A stretch of DNA of 64,000 bases from Candidatus Bathyarchaeota archaeon (GCA_963714275.1 CAVQNT010000002.1:256001-320000); one strand, 5' to 3'; numbered from the stretch's first letter, positions 20,734-32,075 are shown. The notes: generated from the sequence alone by a model not told the origin. Numbers and translations are program-made.

Positions 20734-20838
20734 AATTATCACACGTGTAATAAAGCCAGAAAAGCTGTCCATTATGCCACGTGGCATAAAAGAAAAATTG
20801 ACTAAAGGGCAAGCTTTACCGAAAGCAAGGGTGAAAAA

Positions 20839-21199
20839 ATGAGCCTAACCATCGAAGTAACAGGCGTCGACAAACTTGTTGAACGCCTGAATCAAATGCA
20901 GACCATAAAAGAGCCCGTAGCGGAAGCTAATGGAGCTTTATCTCGAGAAGGTAGTCACTGACGCTAAGTCTATTGTGCCCGTTAGAACTGGCACCCTTCA
21001 GCGAAGCATCATGTTTTCAGGGGGAGATGGAGAATACCAAGTTGGTAGCCGAGTTTTTTATGCGCCTTTCGTGGAATATGGGACCTCGAGGATGCGTCCT
21101 CAACCTTTTCTCGGTCCTGCTCTTTTGTGGAACATTCCAGCTTTGAAAGAAGCCTTGCTGGACATTGTTGGAGATTGGCTTAGGAGACGTGGAGAATGA
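20839..21199 (+). CDS. HK97 gp10-like neck/tail completion protein (frameshift near 20929)
   Basis: AK..VPVRTGTLQRSI...YAPFVEYGTSRMRPQPFLGPA. Confidence 0.85.
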
Positions 21200-22482
21200 G
21201 CGTCCAACTTCCAGAACTTGTTACCACCGCTCGAGTTGTAGATGAAGCTTCGGACACTTTGAGGCAAATTGCGACTAACGCAAAGGGTTCTATGAGTGAT
21301 ATGGAGACTGCTGCACGTCAAGTTGAAGATGCTCATAAGCAGATGAATGCTGGGCTTAAAGACGTAGTCACAGGGTTCAGCGGTGTTGCCACTTCAGCCT
21401 TTGCCCTTTACAATGCTTATGATCGAGTTACAACTTCAGAAGTTGCGCTTGACCGAGCTAATCTTGTTGTTAAAACAAGCGCTAACGCCGTAGAAGATGC
21501 GCAGAACAAATTGAATGCTGCCGTAGAAAAATATGGTCCAGACAGCATTCAAGCTCAGTCTGCAGCTAAGGATTTCACTCGCTCAAGAACGGTATCAAGT
21601 GGCTGTTGAACGTGCTGATACTTGCTCAGGGTAATCTTAATCAATCAATGGTAAGTGCAGCTATTCAAGTTATTCCGTCAGTCATCACAGCAATATCCAG
21701 CCTTTCTAAAATGACGGGCGGAATCGACAAAGTCACCGAGTCCCTGGGAATATTGTCCAGTTCTGGAGGTTTGGGGGGAGTAACTGAAGCCATGGGCGCA
21801 GCGTCCGCTGGATCCTCAGGTTTAGGCGTCGCTTTAGGCGCATTAATTGTTCCGATAGCCGCTGCGACCGCTGCGGGACTTGCATTAGTTGGAGCTTTAG
21901 CAGCTATAGGATCCTGGGCAAAAGCGCAATATGACAGTTTGAATATGTCAGCAGAGGCAACAGCGAAAGCAAGCAACATGATGGATGATTACACGGAATC
22001 AATTATCGAAAATGCTAAAGCTAAGCAGCCCTGGCGTCTGGAAGCGCATCTTCTACGCCTACCGTAACAACAACAACCACGACAACGACCACAACTCCAG
22101 CATCTACCGTGACAACTCCGACTGTTGTGGTGAATCCAACAACAACACCTACTCCGGCACCTGCGTCAACAGTTGTAGCGGGAGGGGGAGGAGATAACAT
22201 AAGTAATGATGATGCAGGAAGGAGGCTTCGGAATTGTTGACAAGCCTACCCTGTTTTTGGCTGGAGAACACGAGCCTGAAGCTTACTCTTTCTGTCCCGC
22301 AAGCAAGGTGGGAATTCTCCTCCTTTGAAAGGTCTTTAACGATTAATTTTAGTCCAAACATTCAATCAGGACCCGTTTACGGTGTTAGGGGAGTCCGTGA
22401 GCTCGCTGACCTCTTGTATGATGAATTTAACAAGAGGATCCGTAACGAACTGAAAAGCAGAACATTGTATTTGGAGAGGTAA
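21196..22482 (+). CDS. tape measure protein (several frameshifts)
   Basis: ARVVDEASDTL N-terminus, Ala/Gly-rich helices, C-terminal MQEGG..VDKPTLFLAGE.EPE motif. Confidence 0.75.
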
Positions 22483-22485
22483 AAG

Positions 22486-23310
22486 TTGGCTGTAACCCTA
22501 AAGGCTGGAGCGAATAGTCTTGAGCTTGGAGTTGTAAGAGGTCTTCCCTTCACTCATTCAGGCCGTATTGCAGAGGTTGATTTGCCCGGTAGCCGTGGTT
22601 CAAGCCGTCAGGATCTTGGTAAAGAGCCTATGCGAATAACGTTTCAGGCGCCTTGACTGGTGATGACCGTTACGAAAACTTCGATCAGCTCGAAAGGTAT
22701 AGAGGCCTTGGTTACGGCTTAAAGCTTGAAAGTCCATACCTCAACACTATTGCTTTTTTGGATAGCGTTAATCTTGCGGGCATCAGAAAAACGGTGCTGG
22801 ACTACAGTCTTAGGTTGACGGAGAGCAAGTTTAAAAGTCTTGATAATTGCGACACAAAGGATCAGTGGCATTCGGATGACGGCGGAGACCAGACTCTTGA
22901 GAATGCTGATCCCTTGCCGAAGGAAGGCGAATACTGTTTCAAGCACACTGAGACCGCTGACACAGTTCTGGATTTACAACGATTTCGACATTGTAGATTT
23001 ATCAAATTATGATTACATAGCGTTCTGGTTCTACGTGAACTGCATTGACCTGACTTCTCTCGAATTAAAGATTTATAATGACAACAATAACACTTGGCTG
23101 AGTTACGATTTTCTGCCTTTAATCACGGAAGCTAACAAGTGGCACCGCATACTTCTTCACAAGTCCGAATTCACGGTTCATTATAGCGGAGACCCTCCAG
23201 AAGAGGTCTCGTTCGACTGGAGCGCCCTAGAGGAATTCTTTTTTGAGTTTACTAGAGCGGATTCTCAAGAGATGGTTTTCTGTTTTGACGATTTGGGAGC
23301 GTATGAGTAG
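22486..23310 (+). CDS. distal-tail (Dit)-like protein with C-terminal carbohydrate-binding-like domain (frameshifted)
   Basis: LPG..G...QDLG.EPMRITF N-domain; DLSNYDYIAFW...NKWHRI...FDWS...FDDL jelly-roll pattern. Confidence 0.55.
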
Positions 23311-23328
23311 GTTTCATGGTGATTAAAA

Positions 23329-24045
23329 ATGACAAGATACGTAAATGAAGATGCTGAAACGAAGGTTCAAGTTCTGGATAGTAATGGAGACCCAGCGACT
23401 GGAGCAACGGTTCTCTACAAAATATATGATGAGGCAGACGTGCTTTTCGATTCTGGTTCGATGAGCCATATTGCAGACGGCATTTTTACTTTACAGTGGA
23501 CACCCGATGCTGTTGGCGAGTGGACTTTCGAAGCTTACAGTTCTAATCCTAAGTTCAGAGATTCAAAGGTTTACAAGATTGAGTCTATCTTAGCTTTCAA
23601 GCATAAACCAGACATATACGACCTTCATGAACCACCAGACCTAAACACATGGTATACCCCGCTCGACGTTAGTGGCGGAGCAAGAGTTAAACTGGTAGCG
23701 ATAGAGCAAACTAATGATGAATCTAATGCTAAGGACATTGAGTATGAGTTCACTATTGATGGCGAAGTTTATACTGAAACTTACCCATGCGCTCATGGCA
23801 AGTATTACTCGTTTGTTACAACTTATCACGGTGGCATAGAGCCTATTGAGGGATATGAACAAGTAGCTACGTTCGGAGTTCAGAAAAGAGACTACATATC
23901 CGCTACTGTCGAAGAAATTGAGTCTTCAGAAGGATTTTCAGAAATGCACGCATTCAAATTTAGATACCGTATGACTTCAGCGCCAGGCACAAACCAAGAG
24001 ATGCATTGCGTAATTATCTATGACAAATTAGAGAAAGTGACTTAG
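23329..24045 (+). CDS. virion structural protein (Ig-like N-terminus)
   Basis: Beta-rich, acidic; GGTGA RBS; tail-tip region. Confidence 0.55.
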   Translation: MTRYVNEDAETKVQVLDSNGDPATGATVLYKIYDEADVLFDSGSMSHIADGIFTLQWTPDAVGEWTFEAYSSNPKFRDSKVYKIESILAFKHKPDIYDLHEPPDLNTWYTPLDVSGGARVKLVAIEQTNDESNAKDIEYEFTIDGEVYTETYPCAHGKYYSFVTTYHGGIEPIEGYEQVATFGVQKRDYISATVEEIESSEGFSEMHAFKFRYRMTSAPGTNQEMHCVIIYDKLEKVT

Positions 24046-24078
24046 TTCACGTTTAAAAACGCTTTGAAGTGAACTTTC

Positions 24079-26354
24079 ATGATTGAGCCAGTGATAATTG
24101 ACGATGAATCCATTGACGAAGAGGACATAACCGTCCGCGCCTTAACCAACTTTCAGACATCACTTGTTGTGCCACGTGGAATCTTCAACGACAATTTTGA
24201 GGGCGAAAACGGACATCCTCCCGACCACGGTAAGTGGATTCGTTTCTTTTGCGGAGATAGCTTGTCTGAGCAGGGTTACGGAGAAAAATACTGTGACATC
24301 CAAGATGGAAGGCTTCGGATGCAGATGAACGGCGACGGAAGCGGAGACGGATGGTTCTACCTGAACTGCATGACTCGTGCTGAGTTTAAGGTGCCCTTCA
24401 GCCTTTCATTTCAAGTAACGATTGAGCATAATGTCGGTCAATGCGGAAACCACTTCATGTTTTCTTTCGTGGATCCTGACCCTAACCGCGGATTTCTGCT
24501 TAATTCTAAACTTTACGGAGATACTCCAACTACATTGTGGGCTTTCGATGACTATGAAGGGACTGATTACTGCTGGGTGCTTAATTGTTATGGAGGCATG
24601 GTTATTAGCGGAGAGAACGCTTGGGAGCCTGACCACGTTTACAACGTTTCCCTCGTTCCAGATTTCACTGATTCTCATTCGACCATTCTCACTATCACGG
24701 ACAATGAGACTGGTGACATAAAATTTCAGACTAATCAAAACTTGGTGGATCCGCAAGTAAAATATTTGCGGGCGATGTTCAGCGTTTACGAGTGGGCTGA
24801 AACCTTCACAGCGTTCACCGTATTTTATGTCGACAATTTCAGCGTTGTGAGATCTACAAGCAAAAAGGCGAAGGCTGTCGTCAGCATGGCTCACTCAGTG
24901 TTGTGGCATGATGGTGACGTTGGTAACCTGTTGGAGGAAGCTAACAGCTTGCTGCGATTTCCTTTTATGGTCAAAGGTTTACTCAACCTGAAGACGGAGC
25001 TTTAACTTCGCTTAGTTTTTTTTCGACTGGTGGTCAGGACGTTCGCATTCTGCTTTATGATAGTGCTGGGAACATTCCTGGCTCTCCCCTGACTGAAAGC
25101 ATTGAGGTTGAAGGCACAGCTGCGGGCTGGAACCAGGTTGGAGTCGGCGGGGTTAGTCTCGATGAAGGCGTTGATTACTGGATTGTTTTTGATATGAGTG
25201 CTGGAGGCGGAGTTCGTTTTAGTGGTGATGGTGGGCATCGTGCTTTCATCGAGGATAGCTGGCATTATGGAGACCCGTTTCCTGACCCTTGGGCTGGAGG
25301 AGAATATGATACAGGCTATCAAGCTGAGGTTTTCTGGATTTATGAGGTATCAGCTCACACTGACATCTTAATAGCGAGTGATGATGTTTCTGACATTAAC
25401 GTTTCTTTAAGGGACAGCTGTTACCCTTCTTCTTCAGTCACGCTTGACAATAAGCACGGGCAATATGACGACATCAGAATCATGGATGAAATCGAGATTC
25501 GTGCTGGCTGGGATCATATTTTGTGGCTTCTTTTCAGGGGCTACATTGACATTCCAGAATTCAGTTTTCCTCCTGCAACCGTGGAGATCTCGAGCAGCAA
25601 GGGCTACGCTTCTGCGCTTGAGTTTAGGGAAACTGATGAAGAATCTTGGGTAGATGAGGATTCCGAAGATATCGTGCAGAGCTTGATAGAGAATTATTAT
25701 GATGATTCTCAATTCACACCTGACTGGATTGATGAAGGCATAGAAATCAGCCTTGACAGTGACGATGAGCCTGTTAGTGAGGTTCTGCAGAAAGTTGCGG
25801 AGATGAATGGTTTTATCGTTTATGTTGACTTTAACAAGGCTGTTCATTTTGTTGACCCTGACGATGATTCTACGCAGAGTAATCTCAGCATTTCTAAGGC
25901 TGAAGACGTGGTGAGCATAAAAAACCGTCTTGTTGACTCGATTGTTAACAGGGTTACGGTGAAAGGCGCTGAAGACAATGTTACAGTTGAAGATGAAGAT
26001 AGTCAAGACGTTTATTGGCGCCGGGACAGGACTTTCACTGATGAGAAGCTAACGAGCTTAGCAGCTGTCACCGCAAGGGCTAATGAGATTCTCGCAAAAA
26101 TGAAAGATCCTTACCAAGAGGTCCCGATTGTTCTTCCCGAATTCTATCTTCTGGAACTGAATGACGTTCTAACTGTTTATTGTGATGCAGTCGGTTTCAG
26201 CGACCCTGATGAAGGCGAATTGATAACGGTGAAGGGTGTAACTTACAATTTTAATCCTTCTGGGCTTCGGACTACGATTAGCGGGGTAAACAGGGGCTTC
26301 GTTGTCTCTGACGTTCTTAGTGATCATGACAAAAAGTTGAAGGGGATATCTTAA
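24079..26354 (+). CDS. baseplate hub/Tal-like protein with lectin-like N-terminal domains (frameshifted)
   Basis: DNFE...W repeats; C-terminal IEIRAGW...LFRGYID, NRVTVKG, EDSQ..Y.RR hub pattern. Confidence 0.65.
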
Positions 26355-27080
26355 ATGACGGGCAGGATGCAGCACGGGACAATTCATTACACTGCTTCCG
26401 AGATTCAAGCGATGGCTGGAGGAGGTCTAGGCGGGGGAGCTGTACCGATCGGTGCGATTCTCATGTGGAGCGGGACTTTGCTTACAATTCCGTCAGGTTA
26501 TCAACTGTGCGACGGCACGAATAGCACTCCTGACTTAAGAAGCAAGTTTGTGAAGGGAGCTGCTATTGGACAGAATCCCGGAGGATCAGGGGGAGGCACA
26601 ACTTACGGTCATGCTGGAGGATCTGTCACAAGGGGGACAGCTGGAGTAACAATAAACAATGAATCTTCTCACACTCACGCTAATTCTGCGAATACGGGTG
26701 CTGGATCAGCTCACACTCACACCGTTGGAACGACAGCGGTGACTCCGACTACTCATAGCAGTCAGGGCGGGCACACTCACAATTCGCATACCACGGCAAC
26801 AAGGGGCACAAGTGGAAGCACCGCTGTGACGGGACCTTCAACTCATGACAATCAGGGAGCTCACACTCATGATAACCACGGTTTGACTTGGGGACCTGCT
26901 AACGAGTCTACTCACACGCATCCAATAGGGGGAAGCACTGGCACGGGCACAGCTCACAGTCACGGTGTAACTGAGCCTAATGCTGGCGCTGGTCATGATC
27001 ATGGTTTTACTCAGCCAAGTGACCACACTGGCGTTGAGCCTTCGTATTATGCTGTCGCATTCATTATGAGGTTGACCTAA
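26355..27080 (+). CDS. tail fibre with collar domain and HxH needle
   Basis: VPIGAILMWSG...PSGYQLCDGTNSTPDLR.KFVKGA; seven HxH; P.YYAVAFIMR C-terminus. Confidence 0.85.
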   Translation: MTGRMQHGTIHYTASEIQAMAGGGLGGGAVPIGAILMWSGTLLTIPSGYQLCDGTNSTPDLRSKFVKGAAIGQNPGGSGGGTTYGHAGGSVTRGTAGVTINNESSHTHANSANTGAGSAHTHTVGTTAVTPTTHSSQGGHTHNSHTTATRGTSGSTAVTGPSTHDNQGAHTHDNHGLTWGPANESTHTHPIGGSTGTGTAHSHGVTEPNAGAGHDHGFTQPSDHTGVEPSYYAVAFIMRLT

Positions 27081-27082
27081 AA

Positions 27083-27256
27083 ATGTCTGGGACGATTGAG
27101 GAACATGAAGCCGAATTTATCAGGGGATTCTTAGCGGAAGCTCGGGAGATTCAAAGGAAATACGGGATTAACAAGTCTGAAGCCTTGGGGATCCTGGTTC
27201 TTCTGGAGCTAAAGAAGATTCACAGCCACCTTGATAAAACGGAGGGTTCTGAATGA
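27083..27256 (+). CDS. small helical hypothetical protein
   Basis: 57-aa ORF coupled to both neighbours (ATGA overlap at its 3' end). Confidence 0.5.
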   Translation: MSGTIEEHEAEFIRGFLAEAREIQRKYGINKSEALGILVLLELKKIHSHLDKTEGSE

Positions 27257-27516
27257 CTGCTTGGGGAAGCAAGAGAAGTAGGCTTGAAATTTACTTGGAC
27301 GTCCTGAAGGTTTTGCGGAAGGGAGAATCCAGGCCTACACGGATAATGTATCAGTCAAATTTGTCGTGGAAGCCTTTGGTACAGATTCTTGATAGTTTAG
27401 TGAGGCAGGAAATTATCGAAGTAACCCAAGACAACTTTCACAGTGTTTACCGCTTAACCAAAAAAGGCGTCAATGTTCTGGAATATTTCAAAAATGTAGA
27501 ACTGGAGACTGATTGA
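27253..27516 (+). CDS. archaeal winged-helix regulator (ArnR1-like)
   Basis: KRSRLEIYLD...PTRIMY.SNLSW...Y.LT.KG. Confidence 0.85.
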   Translation: MTAWGSKRSRLEIYLDVLKVLRKGESRPTRIMYQSNLSWKPLVQILDSLVRQEIIEVTQDNFHSVYRLTKKGVNVLEYFKNVELETD

Positions 27517-27877
27517 AACGACAAACATTGATCTAAGCGAATTCAAAAAGGGAGATCTTATTCGTGTTGACTGGTTCGACGCTTCAAGGGGACAGGCCTT
27601 AACGATCCGTGGAAGGCTGGATATCCCCGTTTACAGTTGGGGAATCTACTTAGGAGTTCTCGGACAGAAAAGGAGACATATCGTTCTCGCACAAAACAGC
27701 TTCAAGCTTAACAACGAATTCTATGACGTCGATTACACCTGCATCCCTGTGAGCTTCCTTGACGGTATAACGGTAATCCATAAAGCTGAGCTCTCGCCTG
27801 ACGTCGCAGAGCTGTTGTTGTTAAGCTTCACTTCTGGGCGTAGGCGCATAATTAAGGAGAGAACTGTAAATGCCTAA
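27512..27877 (+). CDS. hypothetical protein (start codon unclear)
   Basis: Open frame KGDLIRVDWFDAS...PVYSWGIYLGV...IVLAQN. Confidence 0.55.
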   Translation: METTNIDLSEFKKGDLIRVDWFDASRGQALTIRGRLDIPVYSWGIYLGVLGQKRRHIVLAQNSFKLNNEFYDVDYTCIPVSFLDGITVIHKAELSPDVAELLLLSFTSGRRRIIKERTVNA

Positions 27878-28079
27878 ACCTGAGAAAGAGCCCAGGATAA
27901 CAATTAAGAATCTCGGCATCAGAATCGGCACGGCTGACTATCGTTTTCTTATTGCCCTGATCCTCACCCTTGGCCTTATAGTTGTTCTCGTTAAGGGAGA
28001 CGTGGAAAGCGGTAAAGTCCTTTCACCCCTTGTTCTTCTTGCGGTTGCATGGTATTACAAAGACAAAGTGAAAAGGTGA
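27870..28079 (+). CDS. small 2-TM protein (holin-like position)
   Basis: Two TMs, basic C-terminus. Confidence 0.5.
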   Translation: MPKPEKEPRITIKNLGIRIGTADYRFLIALILTLGLIVVLVKGDVESGKVLSPLVLLAVAWYYKDKVKR

Positions 28080-28082
28080 TTT

Positions 28083-28552
28083 GTGATGCCGAAGGGTAAG
28101 CCTTGGACTAACGATGAAGAAAAGCAGCTTAGAACAATGTTGGATGAACGGAAGCACATTGACTTTATCGCTCAAACTCTTAGTAGATCTAAGGAAAGCG
28201 TTAAAGTAAAAATTAAGAGGATTGGAATAGAAGTTGTTGTCACCCCCGTTTCAGGTCTCACAACAACTTCTGATTTAAGTTCTTCCAGTGGAGCTTCCAA
28301 GCGTTGAGGAAACGCTCAAAACTTTGTGTGCTGCCATAAATTCTCTTAAAGCTCGAGGTCTTGACCAGGCTGAAGTTTTCCGTTTACGGACTATGATTCA
28401 GGGTTGTAAGATCTACAAGGAGCTTCTTGCGGACTACATCAATTATCGCGGGATTGAAATGAGAATAGATGAAGATGGAGGAAGATTATGGACGTCTATT
28501 ATCGGAGGCCAAGGGCGTGGCGGGCAAACCTGCTGTTTCCAAGGTGGTTTAA
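28083..28552 (+). CDS. candidate terminase small subunit (HTH N-terminus; frameshifted)
   Basis: MPKGKPWTNDEEKQL HTH/Myb-like start followed by helical domain; directly upstream of TerL. Confidence 0.5.
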
Positions 28553-28621
28553 CGCTCAGGACCTTAAGCAGCAATTTGATGAAATTAAGGTCTCGCAGGC
28601 GATGGAGTCAGTAATGATCCT

Positions 28622-29936
28622 GTGACTTTTTTTGAGCAAGTGGTGGGATTCAAACCCACGTCTTACCAGGTTAACTTTATCAAAATGTTTCAGGAAAAAC
28701 AGTTTATTGCAGCTCGGTGGTGTCGTCAGTCAGGTAAGAGCTGGATTATTTCAGCGTTGCTTTTGTGGTATGCCCTGACGCATGATGACAGTTATATCGC
28801 TGTCGTAGGTCCTTCGTGGAGACAGACGAAGCTCATCATCAGACGTATAACCTATTTTCTGCGTAAAGTCCCTCCTGGAATGTTCACGAAGCCACTGAAG
28901 ACTGTGATCAGGTTCCCTAACGGAAGTGCATAGAAGCTTTCCCGAACAATCCTGACACTATCCGAGGTCCAACGCTTCAAGTCGTGTATTGCGATGAAAT
29001 GAATTTTATTCGTGATGATGAAGAGCTCTATGATGCCTGCCTGTTCACACTTGGCACGACTAACGGGAAATTCGTTTGTAGCATGCAACACCTTGGAATA
29101 CTGACAGCATTTTCTACAAGATTTTTAACCACAAAGATTACGAAGACTTTGCTAAGAGTCATGTTACCTGGCACGATGCTGAGGAGCCTAATGGACCTTT
29201 AAAAAAGAACATCCTAGACAAGATCCGTAAACAATTCGCTGAGGATCCCTGGAGATGGAAAAGGGAGATGGAGGCAGATTGGTCAGAGGACGAAAATGTG
29301 TGGTTACCGCAATCTTTGATAACAAAGTGCATCGGAACAGAACGGTCTTGCGGAGAAGACCTTGATCTGGCTAATCCTGACATCGGACAAAGGGGACGGT
29401 ATTATGGTGGGCTGGACTTTGGCAAACATGGAGACTACACAGCCTTCACAGTTATCGACAGCGTAGCTGACAAGTTCTTACTTAGATACATGAAGATATG
29501 GCCACTCGAGACGCCTTATGCTTCAGTCATCGGCTTCGTTAAGCAGATTCAGGACCGCTGGAGTAACTTCATAACGATTCGTGCTGACCAAACAGGAATA
29601 GGCGACTATATTGTTGAGGATATGAAGAACGGCGGAATCCTGAATGTTGAAGGAGTCACCTTCAGCCTTCCCAGAAAACAAGAGATGGCGAGCCTTCTCA
29701 AACAGAGGATGATGGACAACAAATTCTATTATCCCTATTTCACTTGGGACAAGCCTTACCGCAGCGAATACGTTGCTGAGTTGAATGTTGAAAGGTTCAG
29801 CCTAAGGAAAGATGGCACCATCGTTCTTAATCATCCTCAAGGCACCCATGACGACGTCTTTTGGTCGACAGCACTCGCCTTGTATGCTACAGTTGAGATG
29901 AAGCCTATTGATCCTGACGGATTCAGGTTCGGGTGA
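28622..29936 (+). CDS. terL: terminase large subunit (frameshifted; true start slightly upstream)
   Basis: Walker A WCRQSGKS, Walker B YCDE, RNase H-like GLDFG...D, ADQTG.G, HDD. Confidence 0.9.
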
Positions 29937-29942
29937 TAGATA

Positions 29943-31376
29943 ATGAAAGATTTGCGGATCCACAAATTTAGGCGCCTTTACGATAGGTCAACGGGAAAGT
30001 TTACAGTTGATATTAAATATTCCACGAGAGCTGACATCACTCCTAGGACTATTGGGGTTGCTGAAGCCTTCGGACTGGGCATTGATGAAGCAAAACTGCA
30101 CGTCATTTACGATAACGCAGAATTCCAGATTGGCCAATCAGATATCGTTTACATCACTGGCGAAAGCGGTTCTGGAAAGTCCGTTTTGCTACGGGCTTTT
30201 GAGAAGGACCTGGGAGATGAAGCTCTTAAACATTGATAGCCTCACGCTGGATCCTGACAAGCCTCTTATTGAAACCGTAGGTAAGGACCTGAATGAAGCC
30301 CTCGAGCTTTTGAGCAGAGTTGGGCTGAATGACGCTTACCTGTTTCTCAGAAAATACCGGGAGCTCAGCGACGGACAGAGATATCGTTACAGGATAGCTA
30401 AGCTCATAGAGTCAGGTAAACAGTTCTGGATAATGGACGAGTTCTGCGCCACATTGGACCGTGAGACTGCGAAGATCGTAGCCTTTAACGTGCAGAAACA
30501 AGCCAGGAGGACAGGCAAAGCCGTGATTGTGGCAACTACGCACACTGATCTCCTTGAGGACCTTGCCCCTTCAGTACACATCCATAAGGGTTGGGGGAAA
30601 CGTCTTGAAGTCAATTATTATTCTAACCAGATTAACATTGTTTGCAGTGTTTCGAGGGATCTTAGAATCGAGGAGGGCTCCATGAAGGACTATGAAGCGT
30701 TAGCGGAATTCCATTACCGCAATGTAACTGCTCATCCGGCTCCAATTAAGACCTTCACGTTATGGCGAAGCGATAACGAGCTTGCAGGCGTCATCGTCTA
30801 CTCTTATCCTCCGCCACAGATTTTCGGGCGTAAGGAAGTCTGTTGGAAGAAGTCTTCCGATTCAGGAATTGAACGAGAAACTTGCGTCAATCAGCCGGGT
30901 TGTTCTTCACCCGAAATACCGCAGCATAGGCTTAGGCGCATATCTTGTTAGGGAAACGCTGCCCCTATGTGGAAGACGCTACGTTGAAACTATGGCTGTT
31001 ATGGCGCAGTACAACCCTTTCTTTGAGAAGGCGGGAATGAAGAGAATCGCTGAAAGAAAATCAGATACATCAATCACTGAAGCTATAGATAGCCTTGAGC
31101 AGCTAGGCTTCAAACCCTACCTCTTATCCAGCCAACAAGCAAACATCAACAAGCTAGATACATTAAGCGAAACTCAACTAAACAAAGTGCAAGAAACACT
31201 CTTACAGGTCAAGACAGTATATTATAAAAGGCTACGGTCAACAAGCGAAATCTTCCTTAAAAAAGAAGAGTTTGGAAAATGGCTACATACAGACTTCTAA
31301 TGACATCACAGCTAAAGTAATTACTCGTTTGTCAGTTCTCGCTGAAACCAAAATTTACCTGTTCTGGGAGAATTGA
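29943..31376 (+). CDS. ABC-type ATPase fused to GNAT acetyltransferase (frameshifted)
   Basis: GESGSGKS, LSDGQ, IMDEF, ATTH; ISRVVLHPKYRSIGLG acetyl-CoA motif. Confidence 0.8.
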
Positions 31377-31538
31377 AATCCTATAGAATGAACCTAAGTT
31401 GCCAACAGCGAATTTCGTTTTCCGGTGTAATCAAATAACAACAACCTAATTTAGGATTAGATAAAAGTTTGGGTTTGGAAAATAAAATATAGAAATCAAG
31501 AAAACCTAAAAGAAATTGATTAAATATGGCGAGTAGAT

Positions 31539-31990
31539 TTGGCTGATCAAGAATTTTACGAATTCGAGTCCCAGATTGATAAGAAGACAAAGGTCATAGT
31601 TAATGATTTTTCGTTGAAATGTTCTCGTCCAGACATAATAATAGTCAAAATTTTTAAACAACTTGAAAGAAAATGGAAACAAATCGGACAAGCAACAATC
31701 GAAATCACAAACTCAAAAAAAGATGATTGGGTGACATCGAAATTGGTTCAATACGATATGAATATAAAGGATTTAGGGGGAAAGGCATTGGAACCAAAGT
31801 CGTCCAACTAATGCTTGAATATCTTAAACAAAACGGAATAGAAGGAGTATATGGCGAAATAAGCAATGTAGATGATGTTGAAAAGGTAATAAATTTTTGG
31901 AGGAAAAACGGCTTTACAATAACCTTGTATGAAAAACGGGAAGGGCATTTTATAGCAAAAATAAGTTATAATCTGTTTAAAGAAAGATAG
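31539..31990 (+). CDS. GNAT family acetyltransferase (frameshift near 31765)
   Basis: FRGKGIGTK...NFWRKNGF. Confidence 0.75.
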
Positions 31991-32075
31991 CAGAAAGTTA
32001 CGGATGCTTATTTTAATTATATATAATAAAAGCTTATATCAATATTTATCTATATAACTAGAGGGTCGAAATGCA

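Larger units (their letters stand above)
17978..31376 (+). mobile_element. virus-derived (Caudoviricetes-like) tail plus terminase operon with no recognisable head genes
   Basis: About 20 tightly coupled co-oriented ORFs with tail, TerL and ABC-GNAT signatures. Confidence 0.85.

Noticed and set aside
19746-27080. Contractile injection system (eCIS/R-type tailocin)
   Set aside because: No sheath, baseplate wedge (gpJ/gp25) or VgrG/PAAR spike recognisable
23329-27080. Diversity-generating retroelement acting on tail genes
   Set aside because: No reverse transcriptase and no TR/VR pair with adenine-specific mismatches seen
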